Origin: Chiloscyllium plagiosum
Taxonomy: Eukaryota
Length of the DNA stretch: 34,601 nt
Reading direction: 5' to 3'
Assembly: GCF_004010195.1 (NCBI RefSeq)
Contig: NW_025214920.1
Span: 10,990-45,590 of the forward strand
This document shows positions 23,735-34,601 of this stretch, in pieces. The notes below the pieces were generated by a model. The model saw nothing but the letters and a program-made list of their open reading frames with translations. It did no database searches and was not told the origin of the DNA. Both the position numbers and the translations under genes were made by a program. Each line of letters starts with the position of its first letter. The first letter of the stretch is position 1.

Positions 23735-25320
23735 CTGGATGATAGAAAGTAAAGTAGCAGGAGTGGCGTCTGCACTTCTTCCTGTATCGCAGTAAAGAAA
23801 CATGTGGCAGACGCAGCGTCTCTGCTTCCTCCTGTATTATAGAAAGTTAAGTGCCAGGCGTACCGTCTATGCTTCCACCGTTATTGAAGAACTTAAAATA
23901 TCAGGTGGAGCTTCACCACTTCCTAATGTATTGCAGAATGTAAATTAGCAGGAGTGACGCCTATGTTTCCTCCTGTTTCATAGAAAGTAATGTAGCAGGA
24001 GCCGCGTCTCCGTTCATTGCATATTGTAGGAAGCAAAAGAACAGGAACAGTATAAATACTTCCTCCTGCATAAATAAATGTAAAGTAGCAGGAGTAGCGT
24101 CTATGCTTCCTGTTTAGTCATAGAACGTAAAGTTGCAGGAGCAGCAGCGCTGCTTGCTCCTGTATGCAAGGAAGTAAATTAGGAGGAGAATCAGCACTTT
24201 TCCCCCAGAATCGTTGAAAGTAATGTCACAGGAACAACGACTCAGCTTCCATACGGAAGTGTCGAAAGTAAAGTAGCAGGAGTAGCGACTCTGCTTCCTC
24301 TTGTATCAAAATAATTATACTCGCAGATTCAGCGTCATGCTTCCGCCGGTATTAAAGATAGTAAAGTAGAAGGCGCAGCGCCTCTGCTTCCTGCTGTATC
24401 ACAGAAAGTAAGTAAGTGAATAGTGCAACATCTCTGATTCCTCCAGTGTTGTATCAAGTAAAGTAATAGGAGCAATGTTTCTGCTTCCTCCTTTATCACA
24501 GAAAATAAAATGGATCATGCAACATGTCATATCCATCCTGTACTATAAAATGTAAAGTCGAAGAGCAGCGTCTCGGCGTCCTCCTGTATCATCGTCAGTA
24601 AGTTAGGAGGAGCAGCGTTTCTGCTTCACTTTGCATAGTAGAATCTATATTCGCACGTGCAGCGCCTCTGCTTCCTGCAGCATCATAGAATTTAAAGTGA
24701 ATAGTGCAACGTCTCTGATTCATATAACGTATCATGCGCAACGTCTCTGTTTCCTTATGCATTGTAGATAGTAAATTCACAGGAACTGCGTCGCCGCTTT
24801 TGCCTGGATCATAGAAAGTGAAGTAGAACTTGCAGCGTCTCTGCTTCCACCCGTATTATACAAAACAAAAGCAGGTGCAGCGTCTCTGCTTCTGACTGGA
24901 TTATAGAAAGTAAAGGAGCAGGAGAAGCGTCACTGTTTTCCCCTGAATCCTCGAAATTAATATAACAGGAGCATTGCCTCTGATTCTTTTGAACGGGAGA
25001 GGCAGGGTCGCTTCTCCTGCTACTTTAATTTCCTCCAAACAAAATGACGTAGAGACGCTGCTCCTGATACTTCATTTTCTGTAATACAGGAGGAATCAGA
25101 GACGCTGCTCCTCCTACTTTGGTTTCCATTTACGGGGGAAGCACAGACACTGGTCCTGGTTCTTGACGTTCCACCATACAAAAAGAAGCAGAGACGCTGC
25201 TCCTGCTACTGCACTTAATATAATACAGGAGGAAAGTAAAGTAGGAGTAGAGCATCTATGCTTTCTCTTGTATTAGAGAAAGCAAAGTAACAGTATCAGG
25301 CTCCCTGCTCCCTCCTGCTC
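23735..25320 (+). repeat. 47-bp satellite, block 2, with an inverted segment at ~24995-25232
   Basis: Same unit as block 1. The complement agagacgctgctcctg appears at ~25050-25205. Confidence 0.92.
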
Positions 25321-25429
25321 AATTTCTTTTTTTTCATTGAATGGAGGGCTCACTCGAATCTCCATTTTACAGATGCTTCTAAGATACCTCCCAGTTCTGA
25401 TGTCGCAGTGCACACCTTCTAATTGTGTA

Positions 25430-25650
25430 GGTTTCCCTCAATTCTGACCCAGGTTCAATGAGTGACGGCTTCAGAACTGACCCTCTGACAGTGCAGCACA
25501 CTCTCTTGACTGAAACGCTGATATTAAGGAAATCTTTCATTACATACCGTCTCAGGGAGTTGCAACATGTTCCTACTCATCCTATAATTGTCGAGCACCA
25601 TTTCAGTTTGACCACATCACAATTCTGCACTGTACTGATCATATTTTACT
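25430..25650 (-). repeat. 33-bp satellite, short block
   Basis: cagaactgaccctctgacagtgcagcacact at ~25470-25502. Confidence 0.65.
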
Positions 25651-25659
25651 TACACTGAT

Positions 25660-25860
25660 GCTTTACTTTACTTTCAATAATGCAGGAGGAAGCAGAGTCG
25701 CTGCTCCTGGTATGTTACTTTCTTTTATATAGGAGGAAGCAAAGAAGTTGATCCTGCTACCTTCCTTTCTATGATGCAGAAGGAATGAAAAACACTATTT
25801 CTGTGAATTTACTTTCTGTGATACAGGAGGAAGCAGAGACCCTGTTCCTGCTAATATCCC
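25660..25860 (-). repeat. 47-bp satellite, block 3 (inverted)
   Basis: caggaggaagcagag.cgctgctcctg units. Confidence 0.85.
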
Positions 25861-25874
25861 ATATCTAATACAGC

Positions 25875-25985
25875 ATAAATAATATGGTAGGAAAGTGGGT
25901 CTATGTGTATTTCTCTTTGGAGATTCAGTGTGGACTTGTTGGAGCGAAATGCCTATTTGCACACTGCGTGGGGACTCTATATTCT
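25875..25985 (+). mobile_element. HE1-type SINE 3' tail fragment
   Basis: cagtgtggacttgttggagcgaaatgcctatttgcacactg matches the 3' part of the other SINE copies. Confidence 0.7.
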
Positions 25986-25999
25986 GCCCACTATGTTAT

Positions 26000-27175
26000 A
26001 AATTCCATCGATGAGAATTGATGTTGGGCAACTTAAATTATAGATGTGAGCTATGCTTCAATTATTGCGAGATTTCTTGTCAAGGCATCAGTAATTGGAA
26101 GAATTTGTTACCAACAGTAAATGGGAGATTTGGTGCACAGTGACACCAAATTAGATTTTATTTTCCAAATTGCAAATTAATTAAAGAGTTTGGAGGAAAA
26201 TATATAGGAGAGTTTTAACAGGTCAGCGCTAAAGGTGCAGGATAGTTGATTTGGAGATTAGATGGAGGGCCCTTCAAAATTCGAGAAATCTTGCAGCGGA
26301 CCTCGAAGTGGGAGAACTGTTGTCGACAAATACTAAATGGAAGAACTGGGACATGGCACCACTAAATAGTAGAATTACAGTCAGGAACTTCAAAATTGTA
26401 GAATTGGGCTAGGGCATCAGTAATTGGAAATAACTAATACAGTATTTTGTGTAAGTGGGCGAATTTCTGGGCACCAGTAAGTGGGAGATTTGTTGCACAC
26501 TGCCATGACTGTACATGAGAAAATTGGTGGGAGAGCCAATATGTTAGAGATCTGGAACAGAGTATGTCTAAATGGGAGAAAAGGGGTTGAATCAATAAAA
26601 AAGCGAGAGGTTGCCAGCATCTTTAAACTGGAGATTCAATTCAGCTCACCAATAAATGAAAAAAAAAGAAATGAGCTCGGTACCAGTACGTGGAAGAAGA
26701 GTATCAGGAACAAATAAATGAAAATAAATCATGCAGGACATCAACAATTGTAGAATTCATGCAGCTGCCATTAAATTCTAAGTGGGAAAATAGAGGCAGG
26801 TTAATACTAAATGGCAGACTTGAAACAGTTCCAAGATTTGTGCAGGATTGGTAAATGGGAAAACTGGTGCAGCGCAGCCGAGACGCAAATAGAATCATAA
26901 AGATGTACAACACGGAGAACGACGCTTCGGTCCAACTCAGCCATACCTAAATTTAAGAATTCTGACTGTGCACCGCTAAACTGGAGTGTCGTTGAAAGGA
27001 ATTATTAAATGAAAGAATTGCGCTTGGAGTTATCTAAATATGAGAATGTGGAGCAAGGTATTAGACGTAGGGACAATTGGTGCAATTGAGCAATAAATGG
27101 GAGAATTGGGGCAGAACAATACAGCATGGAATAATTAGGATAGTGCACCCCGAAGCGTGAGAATTGGGCTGGGTC
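26000..27175 (+). repeat. ~29-bp satellite (AAATGGGAGAATT core), with a small LINE tail at ~26890-26945
   Basis: Recurrent taaatgggaga.ttgg units. Confidence 0.7.
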
Positions 27176-27179
27176 ACTG

Positions 27180-30100
27180 TCCGTTCTCAGACAATCCCGC
27201 AGCACTCATTCTCTGTCAAGTCACTCCTTCAGGACGGAACATCAGACAATACAACACGAATGCCAGAATTGAGGACTGGTACATGATTAGAGAATGAGGA
27301 CAGAGGCAGGAGTGAAGAACTGTCAGGTGGTTAGTACAGAGCAAACACTTCCTTTTAAGATAGTCAGACTGAGGAAGTGTTCTATGTACCAAGTTTCTGA
27401 TTGGGATCAGGACGGTGTCTATTCTCTCTATCATAGGATCAGTTCTAAGGCTGGATGGGATCGACAGACCTGAGGCATTCCATTATTATTTGAAGCTCAG
27501 AAGTGAAAGAATACCTCATTGCCTGAGGGCCAGTTTGAGGTAATGCCAATTTGCCACAGGGTCAGCATTTTGGCATTGTGTCACAGTCAGAGGGTGAGAA
27601 CAGAGGAATTGCATGAGTAACAGTGTGTCAGTGCTGGCCAGTACCTCTTTACAGCATCACTACAATGTGGAAATAAATCTTTAAGTCCATCAAAGTCCAC
27701 GCTGGACCTGTGAAGAGTAAACCATACAGACCCATTTACCGAACACATTGCACTACTTCTCGACGTAATTAATGCGCAGAACCTCTATATTCTAAACATT
27801 GTGGGCAATTTTAAATGGCCAATTCACTTAACTTGCAAATCTTTGAACTATGGGAAGAGACCAGAAAACCCAGCGGACGCACATTCCGACACGGGGAGAA
27901 TTTGCAAACTCCACACAAAGAGTCGCCTGAGACTGGAACCGAACCGAGCCTCAATATCACAGAATTACAGCACTGTTAAAGGATCGGCTCTGAGGGAGAG
28001 CCTAAATGTCAGCACGTCAGTACTGAGGGAGCGCCTCATTACTAGAAGGTCAGTACTGAATAAGTACCTTGTTGTATGGGATTCAGAACTGAGGATGTGA
28101 CTCCCGGTTACAGGGTCAGGACTGAGTAGTTTACTCAGCTTCCATAAAGGGCAAGTCCTGGGGTAATTCCTCATTGTCTGAGGGTCACTTCTGAATACAT
28201 CACACTTTGTCTGAGGTTCACTAATGTGGCAGTGCCTTATCGTAAGGAACTCCGAATTGAGGTTGGGTGTCAGACATTTACAGCGTCAGTCCTGAAGTAG
28301 TACAGCACTGTCAGTAGGCCAGTACTGAGGCTGTGCTGTATTGATGGATGGTCACTAATGAAGGAATGCATTATGATTAGATAGTGAAAATTGAGAACAT
28401 TCGTATTGTCAGAGATTCAGTTCTGAGAATATGCCACATTTTCAGTGAGTCTGTTCGGAGGCAGTGCCTCAATATAATGGGGGTCAAAATGGAGGGAGTT
28501 CTGCATGGTTCGAGGATTGAGGACTGAAGTTTGCAACACGATGTGAGCATCGTTTTTGAGGGACGAACGTTTTATCAGTGTGTCAAGCTAGCGTGTGCAA
28601 CATTGTAATGGAGTTCAAATTGAGGGTGTGCCTTGTGATTTGATGGTCAGGACAGGGAAATTGAGGATCAATCAGAGGGTCAGTATTGAGGGATTGCCTC
28701 TTTATTCGTGGGTCAGTTCTGACGGCGGGCCTCTTGTCAGCTGATCAGTACTGAAGAAATGATTAGAGGTCAGTACTGCGGTATTGCTTATCTGTCAAAG
28801 ATCAGTACTGCGAGAGGGCCTTATTGTCAGCGTATTAAATTGAGTCTCATATGAATTGGGTCAAAATTGAAAGAGTGCCACACATTTCTAGGATCAGTAC
28901 TGAGGTCGTGCAGCACTGTCAGACAGTCAGTACTGAGTCCATGCCTCATTGTCGGAATGTCGATTTGAGGCAATATCACTTTGGCAGAGGGTGAACATCC
29001 TGAGTGATGAACCACTGATATTGCAGCAATCCATTAATATTGGCCCTTCGACAGTGCGGAGCTCCCTCAGCAATAACACTGTGAAAATTCAGCACTAAGT
29101 CTGTGACACACCAGAAACATCCCATCATTGAGCTTCTGATAGTGAAAAACTCCCGTAACGTGGACCCTCCGACACTGCAGTTCTCCCACAGTACTGACTC
29201 TCGGACAGTCTGGTACGTTCGCATTACTGCACCTACGACAGTGCAGCACGCCCTCAGTACTGACTGTCCGACAGTACAACAGTCTTTCAATAATGAATCT
29301 CCAAAAATGCAACACGGAATGCTGACACCAGGTAGCGTGCCACTGTCGGAACACAGAAATGTTGGACTTGATTACTTTTAGAGGGTCAGTTTTGAGAAAA
29401 TACCTCGTTGTATAAGGGTGACTTCTGAGCCATTTACCGTTGTAACAGGGTCAGTTCCAAGACAATGCCATTTTGTCAGAATGTCGGTCCTGAGTGAGTG
29501 CATGCATCTGAAATGCCCAATAATGAGGCAGTGCTTCATTCATAGCAGGTCAGATTTGCGAGGTTAATAACAATTATAGCATGAGGGTACTGCTGATTGT
29601 GTGATGGTCAATACTGTGGCAATGTCTTTGTAATAGTGTCACAACTGAGGTAGTGCCAGACATATGAAGAGTCATTACTGAGCAGCTGCATTTCCGTTCA
29701 ATCGTATGATAAGTACTAAAGGAGTGCCACATTTTTCAGAGAATGAACATGGAGATATTGTAGTGCTGTCAGGGCAACAGTACAGAGGAATAGCTGAACT
29801 GTCAGAGGATTAAAGCAAAATTGTCAGAGAGTCAATACTGAAGCAATGGTTCTTTCTAAGAATGTCAGCATTGATCAAGTACTGAACCATTGCAGGTTCA
29901 GCACGGGATCGTCACAGCAATGATAGCAGGTCAATTATCGGGCGGTGACGCATTTTGATAGCGTCAGTAATGCGGAAGTGCCACTTTCAAAGAAATTTGA
30001 TCGTGAGGCAGTACCCCACTGGAAGGGGATCAGAACTAATTTTGTGTCAAACGTTGAGAGCATCAGTCCTGAGGTCGAGTAGCATTGTCAGCCGTGAAGA

Positions 30101-32620
30101 AAAGCCTAATAATCAGAGGGTCAAGACCATGGGATCGCCTTTTTTTGAATGTTCATTTCTTAGAGCATTTCTGTGTATGTACTGAGGTATCGCATCTCTA
30201 TTAGAGGTTTCGTACGGAGGAGGATGGTCTGAGGCGACAGTTTGATAAGGATGTGCTGTTTAATAGGCTAGAACATTGGCAGATTCCTTGACAACGAAAT
30301 GCCCCAACAAGACAGAATCTCCAGCAATGTGGCACTTTCTCAGTTCTGACGCTCGTACTGAGGGAGTCCATTAGTTTTAGAGAGCCAGAATTGTGGAAGT
30401 GCAGCATTGTAGTGTAGTCAGTATTAAGTCTGTGCCATATATTTGGGTTGTCAGTCCAGTGATGTTCTACTGCTGTCGGTGGGTCAGCTCAGAGGCATTG
30501 TGTCAATGTCAGAGATCAGTTCTCAGGTGGTGCCTATTTGTCCGAGAGTCAGTACTGGGGGACTGCCCCATTGACAGAGAGTTATTCCAGAGGCATGTCC
30601 TCCATGTCAGAGGTCAATTCTCAGGTGGTGCCTCTTTGTCAGAGAGTCAGTCCTGAGGGACTGCAACGCTGGCATAGAGTTAATAGTGAGACAATGCTCA
30701 TCGTAATATCGTCAGATTTGAGCGAGTGTCACATTGTCAAAGGGCAGTCCAGAGGCAGCTTATCATTCGCAGTCATGAGTGCATTAGTCATAGGGTCATA
30801 CTGGCCCAGTGTCTCATTGTATTGGAGTTACAACTGAGAGTGTGCAGCACCATAATATGGTTCGTGATAAGATATTTTGATTCATTCAGATGGTACGTTC
30901 AGAGGGAGTGTGTTACTGTCAGAGATTTAGTCCTGAGAGTGTGGTCATTCTCAGAGGGTCTGTTCTGGGCAGTGCCGAAATGTAATGAGGTCAGAATTTT
31001 GAAAATGCTACTCGACTCGAGACAAAGTACTGAGGTACTGCAGCGCTATCACAGGACCAGAACTGAGGGAATGCCTCATAAGTCACAGGTCAGTTTGAGG
31101 AAGTGCCTCTCTGTGACCGGTTTTAAAGGGTGCACAGTCATTGATGGAATGTCAGTCTTGAGAATATCCTTCATTGTTCTGAGGAAGAGGGTCAGGACTG
31201 TGCCAATATATCATTGACTGAGAATCAAATCAAGCCGATGCCTCAATTTAATTGGCTCAGAATTGAAGGAGTGCCAAACCTCGACAGATTAAATACTGAG
31301 GTTGTGCAATGCTGTCAGACAGTATTGTTCGCGGGTCTCATTGTCAGAGTGACAATACTGACGGAATGCCTCACAGTCAGAAGGTCAAAACTGATGGAGC
31401 AGCATTATACCAGTAGGTCATATCTGAAGCATTATTTGATTGTGAGAGATTCATTTCGAAGGGAGTGCATCAGAAAATGAGGGTCAATAATGAGCCAAAC
31501 CCTCAATAGGTGCGGTGGGTGCGGACAGAAGTAGGTCAGTCCTGAGGAATCACAGCTTCGTGAGAGGATCAGAACTGAGGTGTTGCGACACTGTCACATA
31601 CTCAGTACTTTGGGCATGTCTTATTGTTCGTGTGTCATAGGCAGTATTGAGGTATTACAACTCCATCAGAGGGTCAGTCATGACATGTTGCAGCACTGCC
31701 AGATGGTGAGAAATGTGGGATTCATTATTGTCAGACAGTCAATACTCAGGCAGTGCGTCATTAAAAGGGGTAGCATAGAGGCGGTGGCACGCGATTGCAA
31801 GTTCGATAATCAGGAAGATCAGCAGTATGACAGCATCAGTATGAGGGACTGTGTCATTGTCAGAGACAATACTAAGCCAGTGTCTCATTGTCCTGAGTTA
31901 GTGCAGCTGTGTGAGAAGGTCTGTACTCAGCATGTGCTGCAATTTCAGAGTTCAGTCCTGAGGGAGAGATTCATTTCAGAGCTTCAATTGTGATGAAGTA
32001 GTCATTAGCCGGCAGTGCCTTATTGGAGGGGACAAAATCGAGGGTGTGCCTCACATTCACGACCAGTTCTGAATAAGTATCATTTTCGAGAGGGTGAACA
32101 CTGAGGGAGCACATTATTGTCAGAGGGTCAGTTTTAAGCGTCACCCTCATGATCGGGGGCGTCAGTACTGAATGAGTGCCTGATTGTCGGCAGCTTGATT
32201 CTGAAGAAGTACCTCGTTGCTGGAGTCTGAATCCGGGGGAATCCCTCATTGTCAGGGACTCAATATTGATGGAGGCCCTCATTATCACAGGGTCAGCACT
32301 GAAGGAGTAATGCACATTTGGAGAGTAAGTCCTGAGAATATTTGCACCACAATCAGTGGATAATTTCAGAGGCAACGTCTCATTATCAGCGATTACTCCA
32401 CCTGTCTGACAATCTGACAGTGTTGCATATCTCTCTGATAATCTGATAGTGCTGTTACATCAGCACTGAACGTCACATCAAGTGACACTCCCACATTTTA
32501 ACCACTCTCACAATGAACGATTCTCTCATCTGACAGTGATGCAGTCCATCTTTACTCACCCTCTGACAATCATGCCATCCCACAGTTCTGACCAGCTCAC
32601 ATTCATGACCCTCTCATCAC
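27180..32620 (+). repeat. 33-bp satellite, main array, with inversions at ~28995-29350 and ~32390-32620
   Basis: Approximate consensus GTCAGTACTGAGGGAGTGCTGCACTGTCAGAGG, containing the palindrome TCAGTACTGA. The array is highly diverged. Confidence 0.92.
27655..27950 (-). mobile_element. HE1-type SINE, older degenerate copy
   Basis: gggcaattttaaatggccaattcac..gacacggggagaatttgcaaactccacaca..gtcgcctgagactggaaccgaacc aligns by eye with 23164-23432. Confidence 0.85.
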
Positions 32621-32629
32621 GTGGTCCTC

Positions 32630-33230
32630 TTCCAATTGGTGTAAGGCATCGCTAAATGGGAGAACTGGACCAGGGTTTCCGTAAGTGCGATATAATGCGC
32701 AGTACGATTAAATTGGAGGATTAAAGAAGACCACAATAAATGGCAGAATAACGTCAAAGAATCAGTAAATAGAACTATTGCAGGTTGAAACTAAATGGGA
32801 AATTTTCGGCAGGCCGCCAAAATATGGAGTATTTTTGCAGAGAAGCATCAAATGGAAGAATTGATGCATCAATAAATGTTAATATTGGTGCCGTGTCCGT
32901 CAAAATTTAAAGATGCTGGCAGCAAGAGAATAATTGCAGGGAATGACTAAATGGAACAATTGGGCTCGGGCATATCTAAATGGGAGAATTTGGAACATGC
33001 TATCAAAAATGGAAGACTTGTGGTGGGATATGTATAAATGGGAGAATTGTTACATGGGGGGAAGACATTAAAGAATTGGGCCAAGGCACCACTAAATGCA
33101 GAGAAATATTGAGCAGTAATGTCAAGGTACCGCCAATGGGGAACAGACAATGGAATAAGGAAAAATATGGGGATTCAAACTGTATAAATTTCGAGAGTTT
33201 GTTGGATTTGGTGTGCATTTTGTCATTACC
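32630..33230 (+). repeat. ~29-bp satellite block
   Basis: aaatgg-type cores at ~32949, 32978, 33007 and 33036 give a 29-bp spacing. Confidence 0.78.
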
Positions 33231-33364
33231 TTACCTGGTAATGAGACAGGGCACCCACCTATAGGTGTATAAATAAATGGCGGATTCAGATATTTGTCTC
33301 GGACTGAAATTATTAAAGTGAGTGAGCTTTTGTTTCTCACAACTGTCTACCACTGGCGGTCAAA

Positions 33365-34601
33365 TTGTACTGCATTCCCTCAATTCTGACCATAACAGCG
33401 AAACAACAGGTCAGTATTGAAAATCTTTAATACAATCTCTCATTTCGCACCCTCTGACAATGTGGCACTGTTTCTAAACATCTGTTACTCACTCAACTCT
33501 GCCCTCTTAAAATTTCATAGTGTTTCAGATCGGGTACTTAAACAATGAGGCACTGCCTCAATACTAACCATCTGCTAATGAGGCCCACCGACAGAACTGA
33601 CCTTCTGACAATCTAGCACTACCTCAGAACTGACATTTGAATGGGTACCATTCGCAGAATTCTGAGCGTCTTTATAAGCGGCATGGTGGCTCAGTGGTTA
33701 GCACTTCTGCCTCTTAACACCAGCGTCCAAGGTTCAATTCCAGCATCGGGCGACTGTTTGTGTGGCGTTTGTACATTCTCCCCATGTCTGCGTGGATTTC
33801 CTCTGAGTGGTCCGGTTTCCTTCCTCATCCAAAGATGTGTAAGTTAGCTGAGTTGGCCATGGAAAGAGTAGGTCCGTTAGTCAGGGGTAAATATATGGTA
33901 AGGGAATGTGTTTGGGTGGGTTTCTCTTCGCAAGGGCAGTGTGGAGTTGATGGGCTGAAGGGGCTGCTTCCACGCTGTAGGGAATCTAATCTTTAAAAAA
34001 GGCACTGAGTCAGTATTGACCCTCCAATGATAATAATACATTCGCAAACATCTGAACCGGTGACAAAGCTTGATTACCTAAGTACTCACCTTATAATCTT
34101 GTAACTCTCCCTCAGTTCTGACAGCATTCCCTTTCGGTACTGCCTCGGATCGAATCATATGACAAAGTTCTGGTGTTCCGACATTAAGGCACTCTCATAG
34201 CGTTGACCCTCAGTTCATATGACCCTGAAACACACAATATTGGCCATGTAATAGTGGGGCAAATTCTCAACACTCCCTCACAATGAGAAATTCCGGAAGT
34301 ACAGAACTTCTAACAAAGAAACCCTCCTGCACAACGAATTCCCTGTTGACAGTGCTGTAATACCTTACTACTGATCCTTTATTCGTGCAACTTTTCTTTA
34401 TGCAAAACCCAATTACGGTAACGCACTGCCTCTGAACCAGTTCCCCGAGAATGAGGCTCACTCTGAGGTATGAACATCTAAAAATAACACACTCCCTCAG
34501 TATTGATCGTGAGGTCTCCAGCAGTCGGGACTCTCACTTTGCTGCACTCTCAGCACTGACCCTTTAAATGTGTGACCCACTCACAATTCCGATACCCATG
34601 C
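33365..34601 (-). repeat. 33-bp satellite (complement orientation), split by a SINE
   Basis: ctcag(t/c)actgaccct.tgacaat units on both sides of the SINE. Confidence 0.8.
33678..34000 (+). mobile_element. Full-length HE1-type tRNA-derived SINE
   Basis: A-box tggctcagtgg (33687-33697), B-box ggttcaattcc (33731-33741), central domain, and a LINE-like 3' end followed by aatctaatct and an A-run. Confidence 0.92.

Noticed and set aside
20940..25860. CRISPR-like appearance of hairpin repeats with intervening segments
   Set aside because: The intervening segments are homologous to each other, there are no cas genes and the context is vertebrate. It is a tandem satellite.
29955..32375. C/V/R/S-rich ORFs up to 163 aa
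   Set aside because: Chance frames in the 33-bp satellite.
33678..33750. tRNA gene (A and B boxes)
   Set aside because: It is the tRNA-derived head of a SINE and continues into SINE body and tail.

Overview
Eukaryotic, repeat-saturated DNA with no intact protein-coding gene. The HE1-type SINEs, CR1/HER1-type LINEs and Penelope-like element ends resemble those I know from sharks, so the source is probably a cartilaginous fish (inference). Order along the window: a GT-rich 32-bp satellite split by a CR1 LINE (1-4650); a decayed, mostly non-satellite block (4650-9230) with an orphan exon, an ERV-like RNase H remnant, a promoter-like motif cluster and a possible Ly6/uPAR relic; Penelope-like fragments with hammerhead-like cores and several CR1/L2 LINEs (9230-17400); two convergent C2H2 zinc-finger pseudogenes, one carrying two insertions with intact target-site duplications (17560-20200); and a mosaic of 47-, 33- and ~29-bp satellites with strand inversions, a reused junction sequence and SINE insertions (20940-34601). 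Nearly all supplied ORFs are chance frames in repeats or pieces of dead elements. I did not find a novel system I can support firmly. The best leads are the hammerhead-bearing hairpin element, the ERV remnant and the higher-order satellite architecture. All calls are by eye, and boundaries are approximate unless a TSD defines them.
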